Shown here: positions 22,672 to 32,330 of the stretch, piece by piece
Layout of the letters: every line of letters begins with the position of its first letter
How positions within the stretch are numbered: the first letter of the stretch is position 1
Virus record (IMG/VR): IMGVR_UViG_3300020716_000019
Span: 1 to 36,074 of that record
Source: a virus
Taxonomy: Duplodnaviria > Caudoviricetes
Length of the DNA: 36,074 bases
Strand: one strand, 5' to 3'
Program-made: the position numbers and the translations under genes
Notes under the pieces: generated by a model
The model's database searches: none
What the model saw: the letters and a program-made list of their open reading frames with translations, nothing else
Told to the model about the DNA's origin: nothing

Positions 22672-23841
22672 TCAATAGAACTTGGTCTTGCTGCGGAGTT
22701 GCACGACGTGCGGCACGTCGCTGGCTTCCGAGGTCCACAACAACGCGGCGGCATAGAACGCTTTCCAGCCGAGATAAATCCACTGGCCCAGCGGATTCGC
22801 ATTGTCGGGTTTGTTGATGAGGATGAGCGAGGGGCTGGCCGGGTCGCTGCCCGCAATCCCCGTCATCTTCGGAGTGCCGAACGCATCCGCGCCGAGATAC
22901 AGCGTGGAATAGATCGCGCCCGTCGTGGCCGTGCTGGCGATGGCCGCTGCCGCCGGAGCGTGGACGCCGTAACCGGTGCCGGACGCGACCGCCGCGTTTT
23001 CGATGAACAGGTTGGCCGGCTGCATCGCTTCGATGAACACGCCGCCATCCAATTCAAACTGCGCCCAGGGGAACAACAGCTTGTCGGGATTGTATTGCGC
23101 GGTGTTGCTCCAAGTGGTGTCTTGGCGCATGTCAGACAAGACCGGGCTGGGAATCAGCACGGGGTATTGTCCATTGATCGGCGGCACGCCCTGATTTTTG
23201 AGCTGCGTCATGCAACCCACATGCGCGGCGCGGGTGATGACCGCATTCGCCACCGTGGTGGCGCGGAACGTGTCATAATCCGTGGTGGAAACGCCCGTGT
23301 TCGCCGTGCCCGCAAACCGCTCAAACTGCGTGTTTGAACCGTTCATGGTCTTCTGGCCGCTCGGAATCGGGTTGGCCGTGGCGTCCGCGTCGGCGGTGCC
23401 CGCCTTGGAACAGATCGCGTGCCAGCAAACGGATTCCAAGTCCAAAGCCGCGTCGGCTTTGACCCGTTCGGAATACACGTCCACGGTGTTAATCAAGTCC
23501 GTCGCCGAGACGACATCCGAGATTTTCACCAACTGACCGCGCTGGGCCAGCTTCACGTCGATGTAACCCATCGCCACTTCCGTGAGGGTTGCCGGGATGG
23601 ACGCTTCCGTCAGCGCACCCACGCCAACGCGATTCGCCTTGCGCGGGCGAAAGAAGCGAATGCCATTGTAACCGCTGTTTTTGGGAACGACCTGTTGCCG
23701 GGCGTATTTCGCCAGGCGCATGTTCAGTTCGATTGGTTTGAGCAGTGTCTTGTTATACTGCGACAAAACTCTGTTGACGAAATCCGCCGGGTTAGCGGAA
23801 CCGGAACCACCGGCAGTTGAACCCGCTTGAATTAAAGCCAT
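22672..23841 (-). CDS. Major capsid protein (N4-gp56-like HK97 fold)
   Basis: VPKNSG..IRFFR, LTEASIP, QRGQLVKISDV, PDNANPLGQWIYLGWKAFYAAALL. Follows the scaffold gene. Confidence 0.9.
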   Translation of the reverse strand: MALIQAGSTAGGSGSANPADFVNRVLSQYNKTLLKPIELNMRLAKYARQQVVPKNSGYNGIRFFRPRKANRVGVGALTEASIPATLTEVAMGYIDVKLAQRGQLVKISDVVSATDLINTVDVYSERVKADAALDLESVCWHAICSKAGTADADATANPIPSGQKTMNGSNTQFERFAGTANTGVSTTDYDTFRATTVANAVITRAAHVGCMTQLKNQGVPPINGQYPVLIPSPVLSDMRQDTTWSNTAQYNPDKLLFPWAQFELDGGVFIEAMQPANLFIENAAVASGTGYGVHAPAAAAIASTATTGAIYSTLYLGADAFGTPKMTGIAGSDPASPSLILINKPDNANPLGQWIYLGWKAFYAAALLWTSEASDVPHVVQLRSKTKFY

Positions 23842-23862
23842 ATTGTTTTATGGCGCGAAGTT

Positions 23863-24942
23863 TTACCGGATGGAACCGATGGCCTCTGCCTCTTGGCGCA
23901 ACGTGTCGAGGCTGTCGCCGGCATCATTGCCGAGACGAGCCGCGCTGCCTGCGCCGGCGGGAGTGGTCAACGCTTCCAATTCCTTAATCTTCGCGCGTAA
24001 CTCCTCCGCTTCCTTCACCAATACCGGCACACGAGCGGCGTCAGCCTGTAACGACTGCGCCTTTGCTTCCGCCGCCGTCAAACGGGCGACGTGATAAATC
24101 ACTGAGGGATTGGCCAACAACTGCGGGTCGGACTTTGCCAGCGCGTTCAAATGACCGGCAACGGTCTTCTGAAACGAACTGCCTTCCTGCACCAGTTCAG
24201 GGAACGCCTTGGCGGCTTCCACGGTCCACGCCTGTTTCGCCTGCTGATACTGCTGCTCCTTTTGGGCGAAACCAGCCGGCGGATTCTTCTTCAAGGTTTC
24301 CGCGTGCTCGGTCAGGTCTTCGCTCAACGCATCGTTTTTGGCGGCGAGTTTCACCAGCTTTTCAGCTTCGGCAAACTGTCCGGCTTCTTCGAGGCGACGG
24401 GCTTGGGCGCGCTGATGATCTGCCAACTGCCGCTTTTGCTGCGCGGCCGTCTGGTAATCTTCGGGCTTGAACTGTGGTTGCGCCGCCGATTGCTGGATGG
24501 CTTGAAACTCGGCCTGCTTGCGGGCGAACTCCGCGCGCTCGGTTTCGAGCTTCGCTTTGTCGGCGGCAATCGCAGCCTTGTCGGCATTGACTGTTTCCCA
24601 CGTCTTTGTCAACCGCTCTTGCGATTTGGCGTAACGGGATTTTTCAGCCTCGGCCTTGGTTTCAACCTTCGGTGCTTCCGGCGGTTTGGCTTCCGTCTGT
24701 GATTTATTCTGCTCGGGGGCGACGGTCTTTGCTTCTGTCGTCGCTCGTGTGTCGGCGGCTTTGGAATCGAAGTTTTGAGCTTCGGTCTTTACAGGCTCGG
24801 TCGCGCGTGGGGCCGGCTCTGCGTCGCGCTGCTCCGGTGCGGTCGGAGCGTTGACCTCGGCTGGCGCGCTGGATTTCTCCATCGCTTCCAACTGGCTCAA
24901 CGCTTCTTCCATCCCGGGATACTCTGCAATTTCTTGGCTCAT
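23863..24942 (-). CDS. Capsid scaffolding protein
   Basis: Charged, Ala/Glu/Lys-rich coiled coil between the portal and capsid genes. Confidence 0.75.
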   Translation of the reverse strand: MSQEIAEYPGMEEALSQLEAMEKSSAPAEVNAPTAPEQRDAEPAPRATEPVKTEAQNFDSKAADTRATTEAKTVAPEQNKSQTEAKPPEAPKVETKAEAEKSRYAKSQERLTKTWETVNADKAAIAADKAKLETERAEFARKQAEFQAIQQSAAQPQFKPEDYQTAAQQKRQLADHQRAQARRLEEAGQFAEAEKLVKLAAKNDALSEDLTEHAETLKKNPPAGFAQKEQQYQQAKQAWTVEAAKAFPELVQEGSSFQKTVAGHLNALAKSDPQLLANPSVIYHVARLTAAEAKAQSLQADAARVPVLVKEAEELRAKIKELEALTTPAGAGSAARLGNDAGDSLDTLRQEAEAIGSIR

Positions 24943-24954
24943 GATTTACTGTGT

Positions 24955-25422
24955 TTAGGGCGACAACCGTTCAAGCAACGACGCCTCGTCCTGTGGCGCT
25001 TGCTCGGCATTTGGGTTTGTGTCCTGGACGCCGGACACCCGCGAAAGTGAATGCAGATACCGCACCGCCTCGTCCCAGCCGGCGGATACTCCGGCGGCGT
25101 GAACGGTGTTGGCGCGGTCGCGTGCGCCATTGACGGCGATGCTCGCCGCGATGAAGCGCAAACGCTCGGAAAGAACTTTGCCCGTATCCGTCGCCAGAAA
25201 CTTTTCAAGGTCGGTGGCTTGACCGGGTTTCCAGTCTGGGGCCGCAACGGGGATTTCGACGGAGTAAGGATTTTTCAGAAACAAGTCACTGGCGGCAATG
25301 AAATCAACTGCGCTTGTTTCAAGGTGTGATTCATTGGCCAACCGCTCGATGGTATTTCGGCCAAGGCAATAAACCGGCTTGCCAACCAGATACCGTAAGA
25401 GTTTTGCGAGCGCGCGTTTCAC
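24955..25422 (-). CDS. Post-portal hypothetical protein (Bbp19-like position)
   Basis: GTGA overlap. FLATDTGKVLSERL motif. Confidence 0.6.
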   Translation of the reverse strand: MKRALAKLLRYLVGKPVYCLGRNTIERLANESHLETSAVDFIAASDLFLKNPYSVEIPVAAPDWKPGQATDLEKFLATDTGKVLSERLRFIAASIAVNGARDRANTVHAAGVSAGWDEAVRYLHSLSRVSGVQDTNPNAEQAPQDEASLLERLSP

Positions 25423-25712
25423 TGGCCTTGTTTTCGCACAGCACGCGCCTTGGACGCAACGTCCTCGGTTTGCACTTTTTTGAACCCCGTTTTCGCCGTG
25501 ATGTGCGTCGGCATCGCCGCAAGGCCGCGCAACGCCTCCGGTGTGACCTCGATGGGCACCGTAAAAGGCGTCGTCCAGTCTTCGGATTCCCAATCAACCA
25601 CAAGGCTTTTCTTGTCTTCGCCCAGCCGGACGGACTGGACGGATGAAGCTGGTGGCAACGCGGCGCGGATGGCCTCAACGTCAACTGGTATACGGGTGCT
25701 GAATTTGCTCAT
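25419..25712 (-). CDS. Hypothetical protein
   Basis: ATGA overlap with the portal stop codon. Confidence 0.65.
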   Translation of the reverse strand: MSKFSTRIPVDVEAIRAALPPASSVQSVRLGEDKKSLVVDWESEDWTTPFTVPIEVTPEALRGLAAMPTHITAKTGFKKVQTEDVASKARAVRKQGQ

Positions 25713-27553
25713 GGTGTGGATTGCATTTGCGGTTGCGGCATCATCGGCGCTGGTCCCGCCGGTTGCTGCATGGATTGTTGGATTTTCTGCGCCAGTTGTT
25801 TCGCCGCCTGTGGGTCGGTCTTCTGCAAATACTGCCAGTGGACAGCCATGTGCTCTTGCACGCGCTGCCGGGCCGTGGGATCCACCGGAACATTGTTCAA
25901 GCCCTGTTTAGCCAGCCAACCGAGGTCCACCAGAATGCGGGTGGCATGGTCTTCACCCGGCATTACCGCCGCCGGATAGCCTTCGGCCAAAACCAGAATT
26001 TCCATGGCTTCGTCTTCGGCTTCGCTGTTCGCCTTCTGGTTGGTCGGGATGAACGCCTTGAGCGCCAAGCGCGGATCGTCCGCGTTCAATGCTTCCTTGG
26101 TCAATTCCTCCATGCTCACATTCTGGTTGCCCTGGTAAGCCTGCATCCGCGCAATCGCCATCGCCATTTTCTTTTGGCGGTTCCAGCCGTCGGGCGAGCC
26201 ATCAGGAAAAATCAAATAGGAATCATGCAACGCCGATTCTGGCAGCGTGCCGATGCTGCCGGCCACGTAGTAGCTGAAATCGTTTCCCTTGAACATTACC
26301 AGCAAGCCCCAAATATGCCGGTAACACTTCGTCAGGCTGTCGCGGAACATCATGGCGTTGTCATTCATGCCGGCGGATTGCAACGCGCTGATGCGCTCAT
26401 TCTCCGTGGCGCTGCGCGGCTTGCCTTGGCTCTGGCCGGGATCCGTGATGCCAAAGTCCGGCGTCATCGCCTGCGTCTCGCCAATGCCGCGGGCAAAGTT
26501 TAATTCCGCATCGTAGGAATACGGCGGCGGGTTCATCTGCACCCCGCGCAGATTCATGGGGATGACTTCGCCCGGTTGCCATCGGATGTTGGCGATGTTC
26601 GGAATCTCGCCGTCTGCAGTCAGCACCGGACGATTGCTGAACGTCATGGCATCGGCCTTTTCGTTCCAGAGCTTTGTCAAATACGCCTCGACCGGCGCGA
26701 GCAGTTCCGCCAAACCACGCGGCGAATACCAGCCTTCGTCTTTGACCTCGGCGGCAAAAGAAAAAAACGGCACGGAAATCTTGCCGTTGAATTTGTAGGC
26801 GCAGCCGTAAGGCTTGCGGATTTCCAAATCTGGTTTCTGTGGCGAGTAAGTGTAAACCGTGTAACCGTTCGGCGTCCGCACCCAATGCTCCCACAAAATA
26901 ATTTTGTTCTGGTCGCTCGTGAAGTTCAGTCCTTCGCGCAAACCCTTTTCCCGAATGTATTGGGATAGGCTTTCCGTCGAGGCAACGCCGCAAATGCTTT
27001 TCAGCGTTTCCGGCGATTGGTCGAATCGCCGGTTAGCTTCATACTTCGGCACCGTCCATTGTTGCACATGCACAAACTCGTCCGCGTCGTCAATGTCCGT
27101 CGCGTTTTCAGGCACCAGCAAAAACATCGGATCAATCGCCTCAAAAACCAACGCATGATTTTGAAACGGGTCGGTAGTGATTTTCAACACGCCGCGCCCG
27201 CGCAACAGCATCGTATCCACCACCACGCGGATTTTTTGCAGAAATGTCGAGAGCTGAAAAACCTTGTAGTTGAACCAATCGGCTGCGGCTTCGGCTAGCG
27301 CGTCGGGCTGGTTCTTGGTCGAGACAAACGACGCGAGCCGGTTTCCCGCCATCACCTGACCGAGCCAGAACGGTTTCTGTTTCCGAATGCTCATGTCGAT
27401 TTCGGGAAAATGCAAATCCGCTGCGGTCGGAAACGGTTTGTTACGGCGGCGCAAACCTTCGTGGCGCATGGTGGAAAACAGGCGTTGCTTCTGTTCCCAC
27501 GGCAGGCGCTCGGTCATCATCCGTTGCGCGGTGTTAAATCGTTGTTGGCTCAT
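25709..27553 (-). CDS. Portal protein
   Basis: 614 aa directly after TerL. LLRGRGVLK, WYSPRGLAELL, RSATE, and a Gln/Pro-rich tail as in P22-like portals. Confidence 0.88.
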   Translation of the reverse strand: MSQQRFNTAQRMMTERLPWEQKQRLFSTMRHEGLRRRNKPFPTAADLHFPEIDMSIRKQKPFWLGQVMAGNRLASFVSTKNQPDALAEAAADWFNYKVFQLSTFLQKIRVVVDTMLLRGRGVLKITTDPFQNHALVFEAIDPMFLLVPENATDIDDADEFVHVQQWTVPKYEANRRFDQSPETLKSICGVASTESLSQYIREKGLREGLNFTSDQNKIILWEHWVRTPNGYTVYTYSPQKPDLEIRKPYGCAYKFNGKISVPFFSFAAEVKDEGWYSPRGLAELLAPVEAYLTKLWNEKADAMTFSNRPVLTADGEIPNIANIRWQPGEVIPMNLRGVQMNPPPYSYDAELNFARGIGETQAMTPDFGITDPGQSQGKPRSATENERISALQSAGMNDNAMMFRDSLTKCYRHIWGLLVMFKGNDFSYYVAGSIGTLPESALHDSYLIFPDGSPDGWNRQKKMAMAIARMQAYQGNQNVSMEELTKEALNADDPRLALKAFIPTNQKANSEAEDEAMEILVLAEGYPAAVMPGEDHATRILVDLGWLAKQGLNNVPVDPTARQRVQEHMAVHWQYLQKTDPQAAKQLAQKIQQSMQQPAGPAPMMPQPQMQSTP

Positions 27554-28920
27554 GTGCAGTAGGCTCCTGGTATCTGGTCGTTGTTTTCATTCTCGTTCAT
27601 CTCACGGTATTGCTCGGCAAAACTCCCGCGCTCGCCGCGCTGCCCTAAGGAAATGGAATCCAGCCGGCGCAACGGTGTCATGCAGCCAAACACCGCATCA
27701 GCTCGGTCGGGACTGGTCACGCCGCGCGCTTTCATATCGCGCTTGGATTCGATGGCCAGCTTGCCCTTGGCATGGTCCACGCCCTTGCGGTCGAGCATCT
27801 GCGCGCGGAGATCGTCGTCCTCGGGCAAAACGATTTCGCGCCGGACAATTTGCATCGCCCCGGTAAACCACATTTCAGCGGCGACGTTGGCGTAATGGTC
27901 GGAATCGCGGGCCGCAGCCTGATTGTTCACGCGGCCAACCCGCCAGCCCATCGCGTCGAGCTGCTTGCAAATCAAACCGCCCGCACCGCCTTCGTCGGCC
28001 TCGATATTCTCTGGCCGCAATCCCAACCGAATAAATGCCGAGACAAACCGGCCGCAAATGGCATGGATGGAATCCGCGCGAAACGCTTCCTCAATCGTCA
28101 CCACGTTCCCGTCGCGAAAAGCCAGAATGTTTTCATCTCCATCACCGGACCATGCAAAATCGCAGAACGCTTTTTTCTCGCCGCGCTTTTCCGTCGGCGG
28201 CATCGCCATCAAATCTTCCAGCGACTTCAAGTCCACCACCGCGCCCGCGACCGATTCCATGAAATCGGCTTCCACCATGGATTTGAACAGCGGATGATCT
28301 TTGCCCCATTTCTCGCGCAGCTTGGCGATGTCCTCGGCTTTCCAATGCGGGCAATCCGTCGCCCGCTGCACAAACGTCGAATAGAACTTGGCCTTGGTCG
28401 TGTGGCTGCGGTAAAACTCGCCCTCGGCATAGCCCGGCGAACTGGCGATAAGCAGCCGTGTCGGCTTGCACCGTTCGATGGCTTGAAAGATGTCGTCTTT
28501 GACCGTCTTTGCCTCGTCCACGATGATGAGCAGCGGAGCGTCCGTGTCGGCGTGATGGCCTTCAAACTTGCCGGCGTCGTTGGTCGAAAAGCCCTCCCAA
28601 AAACAGTTGATGGATTCCGTTTCCACGCGCGGCGTGTGCAGGAACGACCACGCCGGGAAGCGCGGCGCGTGTGCGTGCAGGCTCGGCAAAAGCTGGTCCT
28701 TGATCTGGCGATAACTGCCGCTGGTGCTGATGACCTGGCCTTTGGGGAATGCCGCCAGATGCCAAAGAATCGCCGCGCAAATCACGCGCTTGGTCTTGCC
28801 GCCCTCGTTGCAACTGCGGAAGGAAACCGCCGAACCCTTCGGAGCCAATGCCCGCAAAACGTCGCGTTGCTTCGGGTAAAGCTGCATCGAAAGCACGGCC
28901 TCGGCAAAGGCGTCGGGCAT
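27550..28920 (-). CDS. terL: Terminase large subunit
   Basis: LYPKQ, Walker A-like SCNEGGKT, Walker B LLIIVDEAK, ASSP, RNase H-like FCDFA..GD and SPDRADA. Start at 28920 or 28944. Confidence 0.92.
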   Translation of the reverse strand: MPDAFAEAVLSMQLYPKQRDVLRALAPKGSAVSFRSCNEGGKTKRVICAAILWHLAAFPKGQVISTSGSYRQIKDQLLPSLHAHAPRFPAWSFLHTPRVETESINCFWEGFSTNDAGKFEGHHADTDAPLLIIVDEAKTVKDDIFQAIERCKPTRLLIASSPGYAEGEFYRSHTTKAKFYSTFVQRATDCPHWKAEDIAKLREKWGKDHPLFKSMVEADFMESVAGAVVDLKSLEDLMAMPPTEKRGEKKAFCDFAWSGDGDENILAFRDGNVVTIEEAFRADSIHAICGRFVSAFIRLGLRPENIEADEGGAGGLICKQLDAMGWRVGRVNNQAAARDSDHYANVAAEMWFTGAMQIVRREIVLPEDDDLRAQMLDRKGVDHAKGKLAIESKRDMKARGVTSPDRADAVFGCMTPLRRLDSISLGQRGERGSFAEQYREMNENENNDQIPGAYCT

Positions 28921-28927
28921 GGCGCGG

Positions 28928-29317
28928 TTAGAGCTTGGCGGCATCGTCACGGAAAATTTTGAGGTAATCGTCTGGCAATCCGACAATGGTTTGATGCACG
29001 TCGAGCTTTTCAGGCGGCTTGGCGAAATCAACAGCATGACGACGCTCAAGAAAAGTGACGCGCGCCCGCCAATCCTCATGCCGGGCAAGAAACCGGAATG
29101 ATTCTCCGAGAAATTCAGCCTTCGCCGCCTTGAATACCCTGACAAATTCAGGATTTCGAGCCAGCGCGTGGCGCCAAGAATCCTCGTTGATGCGCTCGTT
29201 TTTTTCCAAGCACAAAGCCATTTCCAAAGGCAGGCCCAGCCCAAAGCGTTCGCTGACGCGCTTGACCACTTCGAGGGTGATGTGAGCCTTACGGCCGAGT
29301 TTTTTCTTTTGTGCCAC
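28928..29317 (-). CDS. terS: Terminase small subunit
   Basis: GRKAHIT..helical..NPEF..AKAE..DWRARVTFLERR motif. Directly upstream of TerL. Confidence 0.7.
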   Translation of the reverse strand: MAQKKKLGRKAHITLEVVKRVSERFGLGLPLEMALCLEKNERINEDSWRHALARNPEFVRVFKAAKAEFLGESFRFLARHEDWRARVTFLERRHAVDFAKPPEKLDVHQTIVGLPDDYLKIFRDDAAKL

Positions 29318-29352
29318 ACTGCCGCCACTCTGCCATCGTTGTGCGTTCCGGC

Positions 29353-29571
29353 TCAATCTTGTGGATTTGCACTTTTTTGAACCCGCCCGATACCCCGCAC
29401 CATGCGAAAATCGCTGGCCTCGATCCAAGCGACCGCCTCTTTAAGTGTTGCCGCCTGATGGATTCCGTGCATGGGAAAGCCGCAGCGGCGCATCTCGTAA
29501 ACGTAGCGCGTGGACACGCCCAGGCTAAACGCGATGCCTTTGACGCAGAGTTTTTCCGCCTCGTTATTCAC
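29353..29571 (-). CDS. Small winged-HTH protein (lambda Nu1/Xis-like)
   Basis: KGIAFSLGVSTRYVYEMRRCGFP...EAVAWI. Confidence 0.6.
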   Translation of the reverse strand: MNNEAEKLCVKGIAFSLGVSTRYVYEMRRCGFPMHGIHQAATLKEAVAWIEASDFRMVRGIGRVQKSANPQD

Positions 29572-29735
29572 AGCAAATCATTTGGCTGCGCCTTGTCGAC
29601 GTGCGTGATGGTTCTAGCCTTGCGCGCGTCGTGCTGGCGTATCTTTTCGGCGCGGGCCTGCCTGATTTTGTCGAACTGCGCCTTGATGTCGGCGTCAATC
29701 TTCTGCGCGGCGAATTGGTATTCGGATTCGGTCAT
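29568..29735 (-). CDS. Hypothetical 55-aa protein (MTESEYQFAAQKIDADIKAQF...)
   Basis: Manually translated. ATGA and GTGA overlaps on both sides. Confidence 0.65.
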   Translation of the reverse strand: MTESEYQFAAQKIDADIKAQFDKIRQARAEKIRQHDARKARTITHVDKAQPNDLL

Positions 29736-30415
29736 AGGATAGCCCTCCGTTGTTCTGCCACCTGCGCGGCCATGGCCTTTAACTTTTCGTCGCTGGCCGG
29801 CTGCATGGGTGGCTTGGTTGGCGTTGGCCTTGGCGTAACAGGCGGCTTGCCTGCGTTGGCCCTGCGCTTCAACTCAGCGTTGATGGCCAAGCGTTCCGCC
29901 GGGTCGGTGGTTTCCCGCAGGTCTTTTCTAAGCTGCCACCCCTTCAAGTTTTCAAAGGGGGGCCGGTCTGGTGATGGCGTTTTTTGAGGCGTTGGAACGT
30001 CCCGCATCTGCCTTTCCCCCTCTGGTTCTGGTTCTGGTTCTGGCTTATGCGGCGTTACCAAACCGTTACAAGCAACGTTACTGCGATGCCGTTGCACGCG
30101 AATAGCCCCGTTTTTACGGGCTAAATACTCGCGTTTCATTCGGCGGTTTGTCACCGTTACAACGTCGTTGCGAAACGTTACATCGGCTGCTTGAGTGGTG
30201 TTCAGGTCTTGCAACGCGGCATCTACTTGAACGATAGTGCAACGACCGAGTCGGGCGAGAATGTCGCGCTTGCCGGTGATTGAACCACTACGATCCAAGA
30301 GTTGCATATTGCAAATCCAGTCCATCAAAATTCCACGGGTGGCCGGCTCGCAGATGGAAACCTGTGGGTCAGTCAGCCAGTCCGAAACAAACCATTGCAT
30401 CCACGGAAACTTCAT
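29732..30415 (-). CDS. Replication initiator (YdaU/DUF1376-like)
   Basis: PWMQWFVSDWLTD..RG..MD.IC N-terminus, NRRMKRE, PEPEPEPE linker and internal iteron-like repeats. Confidence 0.75.
   Translation of the reverse strand: MKFPWMQWFVSDWLTDPQVSICEPATRGILMDWICNMQLLDRSGSITGKRDILARLGRCTIVQVDAALQDLNTTQAADVTFRNDVVTVTNRRMKREYLARKNGAIRVQRHRSNVACNGLVTPHKPEPEPEPEGERQMRDVPTPQKTPSPDRPPFENLKGWQLRKDLRETTDPAERLAINAELKRRANAGKPPVTPRPTPTKPPMQPASDEKLKAMAAQVAEQRRAIL
30021..30181. repeat. Putative origin: CGTTAC iterons plus (tctggt)n
   Basis: CGTTAC at 30053, 30064, 30076, 30155 and 30176. About four tctggt units at 30021-30043. Confidence 0.5.
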
Positions 30416-30672
30416 ATCATCAACTCGCGCATAATGGGTTGGACGCTGCCGTCGGGGTTCACGTTGTCGAAGATGTCCGACGCCATAGGTTCGGTGCCGT
30501 CCCAGCCACGCGGCCAAGTCTGCGCCTCGATCAACTCCAAGATGCGCGCTTCTTCGTCGGCGTTAATCAGGTCAACACCAGCGCGGGCCTGAATGTCTTT
30601 GATGCGAGCAAGACCGATGCCCGTGCTAGTGCCCCCGGCCCCGCAAAACAGGTCTGCTATTTGGAGGTTCAC
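30412..30672 (-). pseudogene. Chimeric remnant: C5 DNA methyltransferase motif I fused to an unrelated C-terminus
   Basis: IADLFCGAGGTSTG followed directly by ..VDLINADEEARILELIEAQTWPRGWDGTEP. Only 86 aa. Confidence 0.6.
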
Positions 30673-31160
30673 AACACCCCTCCAAACTCTGCGGCATCGC
30701 GCAATGTTATGTGACATCCAGCGGGATAATCGGCGGTGTAGTTTTTCGACACCTTGAGAATCACCACTTGATCGTCGTCGTCCCAAACGCCGAGCGTGGA
30801 CATGCGGTCCATCACGCACTTGGCAAGGTTGTCGGCGTCTGGCTTCTTTTCATACCAACTCGGCGCGGTAGCCTTCAAATCCCCCTTGGAATTGAAATGG
30901 GACTTGGGGCGCGGCATGTGAAAGCAAAGCGTCAGGCAAACCGGCACGCTGATCTTGGGCATGGCTGGCGCTTCGGCTTTCCACGCTTCGGCGATGGCTT
31001 GTCCCCAGACCTCGGCGGGGTGCGTGTGATACTTGCCCGTCGTGGCGTTCTTCACCTTCTTGGGGGTGTAGATGGTCACGAACTTGCCACGAGATGCCGC
31101 CTTGATGCGCGGCTGTCCAGTAGGCAGGCCGGGGACGAAGATGGTAAAGGTGGGGAACAT
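30669..31160 (-). CDS. rusA: RusA-family Holliday junction resolvase
   Basis: FHMPRPKSH, KPDADNLAKCVMD, WDDDDQVV. Confidence 0.92.
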   Translation of the reverse strand: MFPTFTIFVPGLPTGQPRIKAASRGKFVTIYTPKKVKNATTGKYHTHPAEVWGQAIAEAWKAEAPAMPKISVPVCLTLCFHMPRPKSHFNSKGDLKATAPSWYEKKPDADNLAKCVMDRMSTLGVWDDDDQVVILKVSKNYTADYPAGCHITLRDAAEFGGVL

Positions 31161-31163
31161 GGT

Positions 31164-31373
31164 TCAGGTGGTTGCCACGACGCGGGCCATGTTGATTCTG
31201 TCGAGCGCAATGCCGCACAGTTTGGCCGAGCATCCATCAAAGCTCGATGGACTCCATGTGTCGCCAAGCTTCATTGCGTTATGCACCGAATCCCAAAAGT
31301 CGTCTTCAAATTTTCTTGGGCACTCAATACGGATCATCTGTCCGTTATCCAAAATGAAATCAGTGAATATCAT
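31164..31373 (-). CDS. Hypothetical protein
   Basis: ATG start, tight spacing to rusA. Confidence 0.65.
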   Translation of the reverse strand: MIFTDFILDNGQMIRIECPRKFEDDFWDSVHNAMKLGDTWSPSSFDGCSAKLCGIALDRINMARVVATT

Positions 31374-31463
31374 GGTTTTAATTCAGCGCGTTTTTTAATG
31401 TAAGCCGCGCCCCTTACTCTTGCGTTTTGTTGTTCTGCGTGAGCCGCCAATGCGGTGTTAAAT

Positions 31464-31730
31464 TCAGAGCTTCAAGCCGTCCGCCGTCGGTTCAATCTTG
31501 GTGTTTGACGGGTCTTTGCTGTTGGGATACGGATTTGGCGTGTCGAGCCGCTTCAAATCCATGCCGAGCCACATCACCGCTTCTTGCAATTTGGTAATGG
31601 TGATACTGCGCTCCCGACTTGGCGGGAGTGATTTCACTTTCTGAATTTGCGCGTCAATGTCCCGGCGTAATTCCTTGTTGGCGATGATTTCGCCATCGCG
31701 GCTTGGGCATGTAACATTTCCTTCGTTCAT
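31464..31730 (-). CDS. Acb2/Tad1-like helical-hairpin protein (candidate immune-signal sponge)
   Basis: SRERSITITKLQEAVMWL motif. Confidence 0.6.
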   Translation of the reverse strand: MNEGNVTCPSRDGEIIANKELRRDIDAQIQKVKSLPPSRERSITITKLQEAVMWLGMDLKRLDTPNPYPNSKDPSNTKIEPTADGLKL

Positions 31731-31772
31731 TTTGGTTTTTTGGTTGTGCCTCGGCGTTGTGCTTTGGCGTGA

Positions 31773-32303
31773 TTATTTTTGGGCAAGAAATTCAGGCCAA
31801 TAATACTGGCCGCAATCGTGCATCATCTCTGCAGCTTGCTGCCGTTCCTGGCTAAACATTCCATGCCGCGCAGCGATGGCTTTGAACCACCCAAATTCGT
31901 GGTCGTGTTTCCGCATTTGAATAACCGGGCGCTGCAAATCGTCACGAACAACACCGCGTTTATCAATTTTGATGGCGATGTGGTGCATCTCGTGATCGAG
32001 CAGAGCACGCTTTTCGTTCTCATTCGCTTCGTTCCACCAATCGCCATCCAGTGAAATTTCAGTATCAGCGCGGCCCATTGCACGGTCTTTCAATGGAATC
32101 ACGCGACAAATACCAAGCGCCTTGCAACCGTTCTTTGAAAGGGCGTTGCCGGTTTTTTTGCCCGAGTCGTCTTCATCGGCGAAGGCAAAGACAAAATCAA
32201 TCGAGACTTTGGCGTCGAGCAATGGCTGATGGGTTTCAAACTCGCAAAGAATTTCGTTCGCTAAATCGCGGACTCTTTGCGGACATTTTTGGAATGTTGA
32301 CAT
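31773..32303 (-). CDS. Putative phage metallopeptidase
   Basis: ALLDHEMHHI (HExxH), RKHDHE, IAARHG. Confidence 0.8.
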   Translation of the reverse strand: MSTFQKCPQRVRDLANEILCEFETHQPLLDAKVSIDFVFAFADEDDSGKKTGNALSKNGCKALGICRVIPLKDRAMGRADTEISLDGDWWNEANENEKRALLDHEMHHIAIKIDKRGVVRDDLQRPVIQMRKHDHEFGWFKAIAARHGMFSQERQQAAEMMHDCGQYYWPEFLAQK

Positions 32304-32330
32304 ATTTTTGTGTGTTGATGGTTTCGGAGA

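Noticed and set aside
28921-29328. 136-codon upstream extension of terL overlapping terS (possible frameshift fusion)
   Set aside because: The extension is not protein-like and the terminase motifs begin after 28920. An open overlapping frame can occur by chance.
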